From contig OZ287748.1 of NCBI GenBank assembly GCA_965649765.1, forward strand, positions 13,640,001-13,704,000: a stretch of 64,000 nucleotides of DNA, given 5' to 3'. Each line of letters begins with the position of its first letter. Position 1 is the first letter of the stretch. Position numbers and translations under genes: made by a program. Origin of the DNA: Bispira polyomma. Its lineage: Eukaryota. Below the pieces are notes generated by a model. The model had not been told where the DNA came from. It saw nothing but the letters and a program-made list of their open reading frames with translations, and did not search any database. Positions 37,401 to 50,702 of this stretch are shown piece after piece.

Positions 37401-40400
37401 TTAATTTTGTTATAAATAAATTACAGAGCTAAGAGGACCGTGTCAATGATGTAAAGAAATATCAGAGAAGCAAGAATGTGACCTTTCCAGACACCAGACG
37501 TCGCTCCAGATGCCCTTCTACTGAGAGAACTGGATATGTTCAAGAAGCAACCAGTAGGCCACCACAAAGCTCGCCTACCCGGGTCTACCCGAGTCTGAGT
37601 GCCGAGGGGGCCTGCCTGTTTCGACCAGATGATCCGAGCTGCTGCTGAGAGAGGACGCCAGGAGGACGACAAACTAGCTGATACCGGACATTTTGATCAA
37701 CTTGATTCTGAAGATTTCTTATTACCTAGCCAGAAATACTCACGTACAAATGACTACATACCACGCCAAGTCAACGTGGTCTCCAAAGTCATAAAAACAG
37801 GTTGGCCTCCTCACCTAAGGATTTAGGTAAGAAATTAAAGCCAGGTTAACAATGCACTGGTGAACACACTATGAAAAAGCACATTAATTAGCCCCATGAG
37901 CACTGTTATGTAAACCCAAGTCGAAAATACCCTGCATATGAAAAACTGATTCCCTTTTGTGGTTTCAGGGCTACTTGCAGTGTATGATTGAAAAACCTGA
38001 AGGTGTAATTAAAGAAAATATTATGCAGTATGGGGTTCAGTTGATGAGGGATGCCATGGAGATTTTACTGGTATACCGCTACAAGCGCCCATTGTGTGTT
38101 ACTCCTTAAAATAGAGAAGGCTAAAGTCGATTGGCAAGTTTGAAGAGCCATCCATGAAATCAACACTGGTCTTACCCAGAGAATCATAAAAGAAATTAGT
38201 CGTGACCCCACTACTACTGTTTTAAAAAGTAAATGAAAAATAGTTCTCTGTACTGCTTATAATAAAGGTACGTGTACCCAAACTGGTGATCACACATTTG
38301 CAGTGATGACATTAAAGCAGGGTTGTTCAAAATGGTTAAATTCAACAAGAAATTTAGTGCTCATAGGAAGATCAATTGTAAGGGGCCGGAAAATGGGAAA
38401 GGCTTCGAGACAGCTCCAAAAGTTTAAATATTAAGTCAAAAACCTTTTGGAACACAGCTTGGCTGGAGGCATTTACTAAAACAAAAAATTGAAATGAAAC
38501 AAAAACTTTAAATTCTCAAAATGATATTTCTACAGGAGAAAAAAAGGGGTAATCACGGGGAAGCTAGGGAAATCGAACAAAAAATCCCCCCCCACCCTTA
38601 CCCTTGTAATTGATCCTAAAAAGGTAAACAATGTGTCAAAATGTCAAGAAATCTGTGTACAAAAAGTATGTTAAGTAGCACAGCAAACCTCATCTCCCCC
38701 CAGAAAGAGGGGTATTATTGCTGTATTACCAGTGTCTCCAAAGTCACATTTGGTTCACTATTGTTCTGCTGTTAATTCAGGCAAAACTCGGGGCAGCCCT
38801 CCATTAAAATTACTTAAAAAGGGTATTTGTACATCAATGCACACAACCCATGACAAACAAAAGTTTGGAAAGACAAAAGAGAACTTTGGTTTAATGTGTC
38901 TATATACACCAGTGTATAGTATTCTAAAGTAGACGAATGACCTTAACAACACTAGAAGAATCATAGTTGACTTGTCGTGATCTCACATTAACTCTTCTGT
39001 GAATAATACTATAAATGGGGTGTATGACGCGCACTAATTTTCTCACTCTTCCAAATATAGACATGTTGGCTTTAATTGTGTATTATATAAGATTGATTTA
39101 TCTAGGGCATTTAGAAATTTACACATTGACCCTAGAGATTATAATTATGCTGCCCTTAAATGGAAAAATCAGACATATATTGATCTGTTGGTAATGATTG
39201 GCTACAAACACGGCACAGCTTTATGTGAAAAAGTAACTGATTCATTATTGGGCTAATAAATATAAAAGACTATCAAATCTACAATTACATCGATGACGTC
39301 AGATAAATCAAAAGGGAAACAATTTGTGGTGAATACCTTTTAGGTGGATTAAAAATGGGTAATGTACATAATTTGGTGAAATCATTAAAAGTAAGTTGGT
39401 TAAGGAGAATTTTTTTCTTGACGGTGAGTCCTACTGGTCTAAGCTTCTGAAAGAAACATATGGCAAATTTGATAATCTGTCATTAGTAAATATCTATTGG
39501 AAAAAGTAACAAATCCTTTTTGGGTTGAAGTTTTCACTAACTGGCAATCATTATGTAGATAGTTAACAGTAAAATCAAATTTTGAAATTATGCGATTGGT
39601 ATAACATTCATATTTCCAAAGAACCATTGTATTTTCCTGGTTGGAATGAAAAGGGAATTCCACAAATTGGTGATATTTTTGACAATGAAGGGCAAGTAAT
39701 GGCAATGGAAACTTTAATGGATAAATCTAATCTAAATATTACAATTTTTGATTATAACAGAATCAAAGCATTAGTTACAATTTTTTATTAAAATTCACAG
39801 AATGGAGGGTTTTTTTCAGGCCAAGTTTCCCTTTTCATTTCAGAATACTCTTTAAATCCAAGAAAAGGTGGAAAGATTTTTATCAGATATACCAGAAAGG
39901 AAATATACTTCCACCTCTTTGTGAGGCAAAATGGGCAGATTAAGCTGATGTCAATAATATAGACGACTTTTTGGATTAAAATTCTTTAAGCATATTCAAA
40001 ATCAATTCAAGATAATAAGTATATTTGGTTTCAATATCAGATCCTTTTTAATATTTTAGATACTAAAGAATATTTATTCAGAATAAAAATTTCTGAGGAT
40101 AAAAACTATAATTTTTGTAACAGTCGTACTGAAACCATTAAACATATTTTTGCACAATGTTCTGAATCTTTAGTACTGTAAAATAATGTAAAACAACAGA
40201 TTTTTAATAAACTTAGCATAGATATGGAAATAAATGAAACATTAAAAGTACTTGGGTACAATAGATTTGATGGAAACTTTTGGCCACTGAATTTTATACT
40301 TCAAACAACCAGATACTATATTTATTGGTGCTCAAAGAGGAATTTCAATCTCAATATATTTCAACTTTAAAAAGTAACCAAGAAAAGCTTTAAAGAACAG

Positions 40401-40750
40401 AAGCTTCTGTCAATAGTAAATCAAACAATTAATGTATTTGATAAAAGATGGAATTGGTGGCAAAATTTATTTTTCGATATCTAAGCTGTTTTTCTATAAA
40501 AGATTTATGCTATGGCAATATGGTGAATCTTGATTTTAAATTTCCCGAATTTCCAGTAACCGAAGTATTACAAAGGTTATATATGTATTTTTAGTACTAC
40601 AACTTTGAAGATTATATATTCTGTTTTCATGTGAACGTATATAAGTATAATTGGTAAATGTTTCTACCTTCTTCATGTATTTTATTGTCAAATTACCAAG
40701 AGCATTTAAATGTTAATGTACAATTATGTTTGAAATTAAATGAATAATTC
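34480..40750 (+). mobile_element. L1/Tx1-clade LINE ORF2, highly degenerate, interrupted at ~36702-39299
   Basis: CLQDTHW, IYAPN, GDFN, RLDYFL; RGCRQGDPLSP, QFADD; FKFVWNG resumes as DKIKR....LGGL after the insert; C-terminal FC...ETIKHIFAQC; ends before (TA)n. Confidence 0.88.
36702..39299 (+). mobile_element. Degenerate, 3'-truncated Ngaro/DIRS-like element nested in the Tx1 LINE
   Basis: Gag-like CGKHH, LMRDAME, CTAYNKGTC; RT RRIIVDLS, YKIDLSRAFR..IDP.DY, NYIDD. Confidence 0.78.
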
Positions 40751-40753
40751 ACA

Positions 40754-40754
<1 letters not shown>

Positions 40755-40835
<81 letters not shown>
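40755..40835. repeat. (TA)n microsatellite, ~40 units
   Basis: Direct observation. Confidence 0.98.
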
Positions 40836-40842
<7 letters not shown>

Positions 40843-41529
40843 TACAACAATTTATATGACATGTCTCTAAGAGTTATCAACTTTGTATATTTTTGCTTTT
40901 CCAGGAGGCAAGTAGAAAAAGATTTTTGTATTTTTACTTTGTAAAAGAGGTTGTGTTTTTGTTTTGTTTTTAGTTGGTTGTTGGTTTGTTTGTTGGCAGG
41001 GTTATAAAAAAAGAAACTATTGACCGAACTTTGTGGAGGACCATTTAAGATAAAATTAAATCTTAGTGCAGAACCAGATTAACCTACCTGAGTACTGAGT
41101 ACTTACGGTATACTTTAATGAGTACTTACATTATACCTCAAAACTACTATTAGAAATAGCTGTTTTGGTCCAAAAATAAGTTTTCTTATTCTACTTTTTG
41201 ATAAGCTATCAGATGGCCGACTATAAAAGGTCCGCAAGACTCTTTAGATTTTCTACCTCATGGCGGAGGTATAGTTTGATGTTTAATCATCTGCCTCTCT
41301 GAAATCAAAACAGCATTATTCGTTCCGATAATCTTTGTTTAACTTTTGTTGAATAAAACATTCCTAAATTTCTAAACTGATGTTATTGTTCCTTCCTGTC
41401 AATCATTAGTGGCAAAATAGAATATCACCAAATGGACAGCCCAACAAAAAGCTGACAAAATTTCCCCAAAATGGTATCCCACTCAATAAAGATATTCACA
41501 GTTCTGCCCACCCAAAGGTCACCCTAAAC

Positions 41530-42070
41530 AAGTCAACAAGATGTGGTTTACAATACATTGGGGAATCAAAAACACCCCTAAAGGGACGAATAGACCTGGC
41601 CGATTTTGCTTCCGAATCCATTATTCGTTTCCATCTTCCGAAAAAATATAATAAAATATAGAAGTAGCATACACCTGGCCGACGTCACCTCAGATACGAA
41701 CATGAACATCACAAAATCGGCCCGGTTTTCGGATGTAGTGTATCTGCAAATTCGAAAGTCAGATGATGGAAAAGGACGTCGGATGATGGATTCGAAAGCA
41801 AAATCGGCCAGGTCTATTCGCCCCTTTAGCAATAGAATATATGAACACAGAGCTGGTGTCATTAAGCTCTGTCAGAATAAACTGACCCCTGTCTCTAAAC
41901 ACTACAATACAGATCACCACTCTGTCAGAGACATGTGGAATTTATGGTACTGCAATGATTAGGACATACAGAAGTCCTAAACAGTACAGACAGACGTCAA
42001 CGTCAAGAAATGGACTTTATTTGGACCTTCCCTACCATTGCCCCCTACATGCATTCATCAACATGTATAA
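41530..42070 (+). mobile_element. Penelope-like GIY-YIG endonuclease remnant interrupted by a MITE
   Basis: CGLQYIGESKTPL | SNRIYEHR...PVSKHYN..HS..DM ... RQE..FIWT..TIAP. Confidence 0.75.
41582..41826. mobile_element. MITE with ~45-bp TIRs (Harbinger- or Kolobok-like)
   Basis: AGGGACGAATAGACCTGGCCGATTTTGCTT ... AAGCAAAATCGGCCAGGTCTATTCGCCCCT; flanked by TAA and TTA. Confidence 0.85.
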
Positions 42071-42735
42071 CTAAGTCCACTGTATTAGCTGATACCCCAA
42101 TACCCCTTATATATATTTAAGATATTTTTGGCGGTTGTTAACACAAGTTTGCTATCTCATTTCCATTAGATACATTCTGGATCGTGTGACAGTGATACAC
42201 AGTACAACTTCTGTTATCCAAATATTCAATGTAATAATAAACTCATTTCCACTCTCCCAAATCTATGTTTTCCTTTTATTTTATACAGAAGTGGCTTTTC
42301 TATTTTATGAACATTCCTCCGTTTGGTGACGAGGTCCATTATTCACACATAATCTTGCTCTCCCAGCATATATGTTCGGATGATAAATGGCATGTACCAA
42401 TATATATGGTCCCTGCCAACACAATTTTTGTATATATATATATATATATGTACCCATGTAATTTACAAACTACAGTCTAACCTCAATTCTCATTATATTG
42501 GGAGTGCCAGATTTTGTGTTGGATAAAAAAAGAAGAATCTTCATAAAATAGGGACGGACGTTTTAGTACATAAATCAATAGGAAAATGTCAATTTGAGAA
42601 AGTAAAAACGAATGAACTTTCATCACGCCTTTCATTCCCCAGCCCCCCAAGGTCAACATAAAATAAGACACACAGTGGGCTTTAAATGTTTAATCTAAGC
42701 AAACTTTGTTTTTATATACATTTGTAAAATACAGC

Positions 42736-42920
42736 AATACTGTAAAATAGTTATTATCATTACTATAGACATTAAAACTGCAAAATAGTTATTTTATCAT
42801 TACTATAGACATTGATACTATAAAATAGTTATTTTATCATTACTATAGACATTAATACTGTAAAATTGTTATTTACCATCACTATAGACATTAATAGTGT
42901 AAAATAGTTATTTCTCATTA
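42736..42920. repeat. ~39-40-bp minisatellite, ~4.5 copies
   Basis: atactgtaaaatagttattttatcattactatagacatt. Confidence 0.9.
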
Positions 42921-43275
42921 TTAGAAATTTTCCTAGGAGGTCACACAGTCACAATGCGCTCCCAGGGTGGATAAAAGGGCCTTTTGCCAGTAAATAAAAC
43001 AATTGTATTTATATTAATTACAGTCTGGTAATTAAATAATAACCTGCACTGGCCAAAGCAGGTACATTTACCCAAATTACCAAAATTCACTGAGTTTGTC
43101 AGCAGTGTGTTGTATTATTATTATATATAAGTTATGTCCTGTTTTGTACAGGAAACCACCGGTTAAAATTAGTATACCATAACTACATATTAAAACACCA
43201 AGTGTAAAATTGTAAAATGTTAAGACATGTAAATACAAGTTGGGATTGAGTAACTAGTTATGAATTGGCACCCAC

Positions 43276-43607
43276 CTTAGCCTCTGCACTGCTTCTGTCC
43301 TCAATGTATTGATCCCAGGACATCTTGCTATATGTACTAAGCACATGATCAGCACTGTAGCTCATCTGTAGACTACTGAAATATCTGCCGGGTTCACCTT
43401 CTGAGGAGAAACCAGTGATGAACATGGTCGTTTTAAAGTTGAATAAGAGTAGAAAATCAGGTTTTGCTGCTGCGACACACCAGAAGGGTAAGAGGTGTTT
43501 GATATGACTCAGGTACAGTGTGTAGTTGCCTGAACCGGCCCTCATAATTTCCCTCACAGGCCAGATGGGATACATGTAGTCTTCCCTGATCAGACTCGTG
43601 TTGCATT
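43276..43607 (-). CDS. Lectin-mosaic gene exon 1 (first confident exon): N-terminal part of the F5/8C (discoidin) domain
   Basis: ECNTSL...FWC...FLLLFNF....ITGFSSEG....FSSLQMSYS.D...WDQY; ttcag|AA...AAG|gtgggt, phase 1-0. Confidence 0.88.
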
Positions 43608-43934
43608 CTGAATCAAAAACAAAGAAAAAAAGAATTATAATATTGACTAAATTCCAAGAAAGATTTGACATGGTGAATATTTTGTTGTATTGGTGGAAAT
43701 GTATTAAATTTTCAGATATTTTCTTTAAATTAATAACCCACCAATTTATATTTATTGAGATTGGGAATTTCAATTATGTATTTGTTTTTACTATTTGACC
43801 CAACAGTGCAAGTAAAAGTGTCATCAATTGCATCAGATATTGTACACATCAGAACAATTTTATGCCATTATTACAAATTGTTTAATGGAGATGTCTTCTG
43901 TTAAAACAAATGTACAAGCCGACAAACAGACAAA

Positions 43935-44202
43935 TCAGTAGTCGTTGCTTTGCCGTTACCTGTTGAATGGAATAAACTCCCACACACTGTCAGATCACAG
44001 GATAAAATCACAGGTTTCAGAAGCCTTTTAAAAACTTAACTTTTCACACCGGCCTACCCCCTCCTTTGTCACCCTTCCCTTGGTGGATGCTTCATGTAAC
44101 AACCTTTTGCTTTGCCCTGGACTTTACCTTTTTGGATATCAGCGCTTTAGGGCATGTTCTCATCAATTTGGTGCTTTATAAATGTTTTGATTATTATTAT
44201 TA
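43935..44202 (+). mobile_element. L2 3' fragment with (TTA)n tail
   Basis: SRCFAV.PVEWNKLP..VRS, ..PAYP; tail as in 8200-8360. Confidence 0.7.
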
Positions 44203-45311
44203 TGTAACAGGCACTCATCTTACGTTAAACTATTTTAAGCTGAACCCTCAAGCTAATAGAGGAATTACCACCTCCTTCTGAGCACCAATCTACACTACCT
44301 CTTAATTTTAAAAGGAGAAAAACCTTTGTGGAACAACAGATTTATATCTACATAAAAGTGGAAATCAATTTACTAAATGTTATACAGCGACTCCATAAAA
44401 GCGGTAAACTAAACAATTATTAAATATGTGTAAATTAGTAAATAACTCCAACAAAATACATGGTATTGCATCGAAAGACACAGGATCAGAAACGATGGAC
44501 AGTTTATTTGGGCTGCTTTAGTTTTGAAAAGAATAGTGAAAAATGAAAACTAACATATATTAAAAACTTAAACTTAATATCACACTCTGTGGAATCTGGT
44601 GTATTTACCTGTGTTTTCTATATAAAGTCTAGCTTGACGAGCCGATTGCCTCAAAAGTATGGTAAAATATCTAGGAATACACGTAGAATGGAAAATACTG
44701 TTTTTTCCATTATATAAATTTAATAGTCTTCCCCCCTGTACACATAATATAATGTAATAATTCCAGTAATTTTCAGAAAATATATTTAATTTATCATTGT
44801 TACCATCACAAATCACCCATTCCAAACCATGGATATGGCATTGTGTGGAAAATTTACCATTGCTGGAGTTATAGATATACTCTGGATTCGTCCCTGGTTT
44901 AAGATGGGGCATAAATGATGCTGTAATATTCATATGTGAATACCGTACGTTCAATCAGGTTGTGCTACCTTAGTCTGGTTTACCACATTATACAACATTC
45001 ATTGCATCGCTTTTAACTAGGGAGCTAAAAATCTGTACAACTTGTTGCTGGATTGAGATACTTCCTTATCACAAACACAGTCAAAACTCAAAACCGTCGT
45101 TTGCTGCGAAAACTTTCAAAACTTCTGTGGTGACTTCTGCAACCTTTTCAAAAGTGTGACCTTTCAAAGCATAGTTCTAATTATTGTGTCTGCTGTACGG
45201 AGATGTGTGACCTTGGCATTATGTACTTACTGCTGTGATACTGATTGGCTGGGTCACCCAGTACCTCTGAACTCACAGAGGAGAGGAACGACAACACCAG
45301 AGCTAGTATGA

Positions 45312-45651
45312 GATACATCATCATTTATAAATGTGTACACTCCATCACAGGTGAAGTGGCCTAAATTACAAATACATAATTCGTTATAAATGTGTACACT
45401 CCATCACAGGTCAAGTGGCCTAAATTACAAATACATCATCACTTATAAATGTGTAGACTCCATCACAAGTTCAAGTGGCCTAAATTACAAATACGTCATC
45501 AGTTATAAAGGTGAACACTCCACCACAAGTTAAGTGGCCTAAATTACAAATACATCATCAGTTATAAATGTGTACACTCCATCACAGATTCAAGTGGCCT
45601 AAATTACAAATACTTCATCAGTTATAAAGGTGGATACACCATCACAGGTTC
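45312..45651. repeat. 59-60-bp minisatellite, ~5.7 copies
   Basis: tacatcatcagttataaatgtgtacactccatcacaggttcaagtggcctaaattacaaa. Confidence 0.95.
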
Positions 45652-48562
45652 ACACATGTTTATAGCTATCTCAATATGATTTTGAACAAAATCTCTATTT
45701 GTCAAACATGTTAGGAGGGCAAGATTTGATTGGAATAGGAGTGGTTTTACTATTTCCGGCTTCTTGGTTACAGAGTATTTAAGGTAGAAACGAAAATATT
45801 GGATAGGGTTGCAACTAAAATTCATAAAAGTAGTAAACAATTATAGCTTTGTTTAATATTCACAGCTATTCTAGGGAATGACTAGTTAATAATTTCAAAT
45901 GCATTCTGAAAGCTAATTCACCAAGATAAATCTTCAGAAGCTATTTTTTTAAGGGCCTTTCTGTAATGTTCGGCCATCTTGGATTTAAAAGGAAATCACC
46001 TAGCTCTATACTTTTCAAGATATCTAAAAAACAACAACAATAGTTCAGACCTATTTTCATTCATACTGAAATGTCAGGCTAGGATTGGTGTTTAATTTGA
46101 TGTATGATTTGTAGGGCCAGCTCTTCACCGGACTTCAGTATAGCTGAAAAGGCTGTAAGATATTATATAACAAAATTGATAGTGGTCTGACTCCAATAAC
46201 AGAAAGCTGACAAAATAAAAGTATCCCAACTGTATGGTTATATTTACAGTAGACTATGTATGGGTCCAATGTTAGTTCTGCTTCTGGCTGATGTCTAGGT
46301 ATACCTAATGATTTAAAACTAGTTTTTTGCAAGTTGGGACCAACAATGCTGGTTCTAGTTACAAAGAGTCTACTGTGATATTGGTAGAACCTCTACTGGC
46401 CAAACTGTTTGGACGAAACAGCAAAAGGTTTCAATGGAATACAATCTAATAGTCAATGGAAAATGAGTTCACAAAATAAAGTATTTGAATAATTTTGAAT
46501 TTTTTTTAAAAAAATTCATTATAAAACAAAAAAAAAAAAAAAAAAAAAAAATACATACAACAATAAATAAAATCAATATGCACTTCATTTCTGAGACAAG
46601 ATAACACATTTTTTTACTTAAAAACATATTTTACAACTTGACTGTAGAAAACAAGTTTTTTCTTTATCTATGTATTGTTTTGTACAATATAAACTAATCA
46701 AAGGATTCGTATGAGAATAAACAAATTACATCTAATTACCAAGAAATAGACTTTTACAGAAAATAAATTCAAAATATTTTGACATGTAATCTAATCTTAT
46801 CTACGAGTTTCTTTGTTAGCACAAATGTTTACTTTGTCAAATTTTATTGAAAGAAAAACCCCGATGACAAACTACACATAATACACACTTATTCAGGATT
46901 GTATGGAACTTGTAGAATATGAACACACAAAACAGTACACCTAAAAAATTCATCACTTTAAGTATGAATTTGAAAGAGATCCTTTACATTCTAAATGTGT
47001 GTGCAATTTATATAAATACTACATAAATACAACAGGCTAAAAAGTAATTGATTAATGGAAGTTTGGATAATGGAGTTCTTACTGGTTGATTATCACCCCT
47101 CATCTAAAAAAATACTATCTTTGAATTCTGCCATCACTTCATCAAATTATTGGAATTTCTATTGAAAAAAAACACACCTGTAAGGTTTTGCAATATTGGG
47201 CCACAATATTGCGTTATTAGGTTGTGTATCTCTCAAATGTTGTGGTAGAAATTGCATACATTATTATCTGAGATAAAATGTAGCAAGGGCAAGAGATTAG
47301 AGAATTTCTATTGTATGAAAGATTAGTATCTTACAACCTTTTTGTTAATGTAAAATATTTGCTTACCCATTGCTAGGCTAGTATATGACCTTTTAAGTCT
47401 AAGAAAATTATAAAGGGTGAAACGGTTGGAAAACCCCCAGTTGAAGACCATACCTTCCAGAAACGTCTTACATCTACCAGTTTGGCACTTGGAAATTTGT
47501 TCAAAATTTATATGCTTTCAATTCATCGTATACTACAATAGTAGCTTTTTAGGTGAACAAAACGTATTTGCACACTACATGTAGTCCAAAGATGTTAGAA
47601 TATGTTGTCACAGAATTTATATCACAGTTAAAAATACTTGTTCAACTCCTCGTATACTTATCCAACAAAGTAAGAAGTTGTCTGCTGCAATTTATTATCC
47701 AGAAATATTCATTTTTAAAAAATACATATTGTTTGTTTGTTTTTTATGTAACAACAATAAAACATATCCTCTACTAGCTTTCCATTCCGGAAATAAATAC
47801 ACAGTCGGTTTATGATCACTTTTACTTTACTCTAATGGTGCTCTAAATTAACAAAATTTTATCACAATATCATTTTTTTTTTATTAGCATCAAAACCATT
47901 TACTTTGTCTTTCTTCCTTCCAGGCACCTACTAGTAAGTTTAGTCACATCTGCATCTCACCTCCACATACTTTAACCCAATGGCTGTCTCTTTGCCTTGT
48001 AACAAAAAATAATGGGGAAGGCAATGTTTGGATACTCCACATTATAATCTTTGTCGTCTGCTCTAAACTGTTTTCCCGCCCTATTGTCTTTCTATGTTGC
48101 TGTCGGCTATTGTTTATATAACAGTGCCTATTGAGTGTCACTGAAGTGTTACAGAATGGAATCCACTTCACTGATCACAAACACAGATCACTCGATCTCA
48201 CGTTTTCTGGCTACTTTTTACATTATAGTTTGCAATTATTGCTTTTTAGTGAACAGTAAAAACTATTGGGTTTCATGTATAGATTACGCAAAGACACACT
48301 GTAAGATCGTCAAAATTATTGATCTTCAAATGCTAGAAACGTATTTGATTAGTACCTCCTAAATATGTCAATTGCCTAAGACTGGATCGTCCTTTGGGAA
48401 GGACAAAAATAGACCTTAGTCTAAGAAAATTCACAAGATTGACCTAAGATATGATACTTTTTTTTTTAAATTAGCAAGACATTGTATAGTAACTACAATA
48501 TGCTATTCAATTAGTTTCAGAAATGTTTGTAACTAGATGTTGTGGATTGTAATGGTAGCCAA

Positions 48563-48870
48563 TTATTAATAATAAATATCATTTGGTACAGCACATTTAT
48601 GAACATAACTGTTATCTAAAGCACTTTGACATTATTACCCCAGTCTGGGTTCCTTTACTTGACAACCAATTGTTCAGTCACAGCTTCCTCAGGAAGCGCA
48701 CTGGCTGTGCTGCCACATTTTGGTGCATAAAATACAAACACCCATAAGCAGCCATATACCCATCTATACACCAGGGTAGAGGGGGACAACTTTGTGTAAA
48801 GCACCTTGTCTATGGGTACAATCTCCAGGCTAGCAGCAAAGATCGAACCAGGACTCTCAGATCATAATAA
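48563..48870 (-). mobile_element. CORE-type tRNA-derived SINE
   Basis: B box ggttcgatc; CORE-like gacaaggtgctttacacaaagttgtccccctctaccctggtgtatagatgggta. Confidence 0.65.
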
Positions 48871-50189
48871 TAGTAATAATATATCAGACTTTTTTAGCAC
48901 TTATTTTCGTTGTAACTAATTCTTAGGTGCAAAAAACCACAGCCAGAGCCAAAAATCATTGATGATAGACAGAAGGAATTTTAATTGAGATATTTAACGT
49001 CCACTCTAGTACCTGTTTCGGTTGTATTGGGACGAGTCGTTGGAAACGCTGGAGGAAACACTGCATACAGTTCATCAAGGTTTTGCACTGAACAAAAGTC
49101 CGACACTTTAACCATTCGACCCGTGTCATACAGGTTGCAAAGTTACCATTAATTTGACTCTATATCTTTAGATAAGGCTGCCTTAAGAATATTAATAACC
49201 AACGTGAAGTCACAAGGTAGTAAAATCCAACAGCTGAATTTGACCTTTGCCAAATATGATTCTACTTTTTGAGTATACAGTGATCCACTTCCAGAATATT
49301 GAGCAATTAAAACTATAAACTCATCATGAAGTCCAAATGTAATGATTCAACATTTCCATTTGCCAAATAATATTTTACTCTGTGATTATTTTCCCCGTTT
49401 TAGGTTTGATACTCTAATGTCATTAATGGCATTAAGGATAATGTCATTCTCTATGTTAAGCAGGTATTTTGTCAGACCCCCATTGACTGGACTATTTGAT
49501 CTCGGGAATTAGGTGTAAAGTAATCAATCTGGGGTATAGTTGTGCAAAGGTCATAGTTTGACTGTTGACCCTTGGAGTTATATATTTGAAACTACTTCAG
49601 GCAGGAACTTTGCTTTTAAAATTGTTAGAAATGTTTTAAAAAGCATCATAGTCTGACCTCATTGTCACCTAGTAAGATGACCTTGATAAAAACATCATTG
49701 TTTCAACTAGATCACAGGAAGCTCATATTCAGTATACCTATTTGCTGAGAGATGTAGATGTGGTAACCTTTAAGTCCTATCTGATTTTGGCTTTGATTTA
49801 AAACTGATGACCTTGCTTGTACAAGGCCATAGCTTTCTTTTCTTTTGACTTTGGAGCTGTGACCTTGACCTGAAAGACTGCACATCAGCCACAGATTATA
49901 CCCCAGTTATCTATATAATAGTAAATAGACATTTTTGTAAATGCCCACGGTAAAGCTGATGAGTTTGCAAACCTTCAAAGTCTGTATATCTTGTAATAGC
50001 AGATTTTAAAATGTTTTATTGCCTAGGATGTCACGATAAGGGAGTTGTATTTGTCCAATTTTAGTAGATTATTTAATGAAAAGAGTCATTATAAAGCAGA
50101 CAATGAAACTCGTACAACAAGGTACAGGCTATGATGCATGTTATATTTGATGACATTCTGCTATACTGCATGTCTAGTGCAAAATGAAA

Positions 50190-50702
50190 TAATTACAGAA
50201 TATAAGCTGTTTGTGAGGGCCATACTGGGATATATGCACCCGAGGTCAGACCAATATGGCTTGAGGGTACATATATTCTAGTATAGCCCTCACAAACAGC
50301 TCATATTCTGTTTATTATACCGAAGCATTTTTAAAAATTTTCATTTAAGATAGTCTATCAATAAAACATTTTATTTTTGTTTATTTAAAAAAAAAATATT
50401 TATTTGCGTCTATTTTCACGTAGCTCCGAGGTCTCGGTGGTCCCATTGTATCAAGAATGTTCAACAGTAATTAGTTATATATAAAAATTATGTACTTATG
50501 TATAATTGTGTGTTAAACATAATTAATATCCCTTGTATGAAAACAAAAATTACTGCCAATGGTGCTTGCTAAACATTGTAAGTGATATGGCCCACTGAGG
50601 TGATATGGCCCGCGACTTCCTGGCCATATCGCGAATTATGTTATGTCACGTGATCGCATTTTAACCAATTGGATTGCTGGATTCGCCGCCAAGGTATAAT
50701 AA
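50190..50702. mobile_element. Non-autonomous element with a ~50-bp-arm hairpin and ttattatacc/ggtataataa inverted motif
   Basis: Hairpin 50190-50317; ttattatacc near 50311 and ggtataataa at 50693-50702. Confidence 0.55.

Noticed and set aside
44580-44954. 124-aa ORF as the first coding exon of the lectin gene (phase-1 donor ACAG|gtaaat at 44609)
   Set aside because: Phase-compatible, but no signal peptide or recognisable domain and no definable start; left uncalled
46529-46551. Poly(A) run as a retrocopy tail
   Set aside because: No upstream retrocopy body or target duplication is recognisable
49140-49880. TGACCTT-rich tract as a nuclear-receptor enhancer (also near 10880)
   Set aside because: More likely a decayed interspersed repeat; no boundaries or conservation evidence
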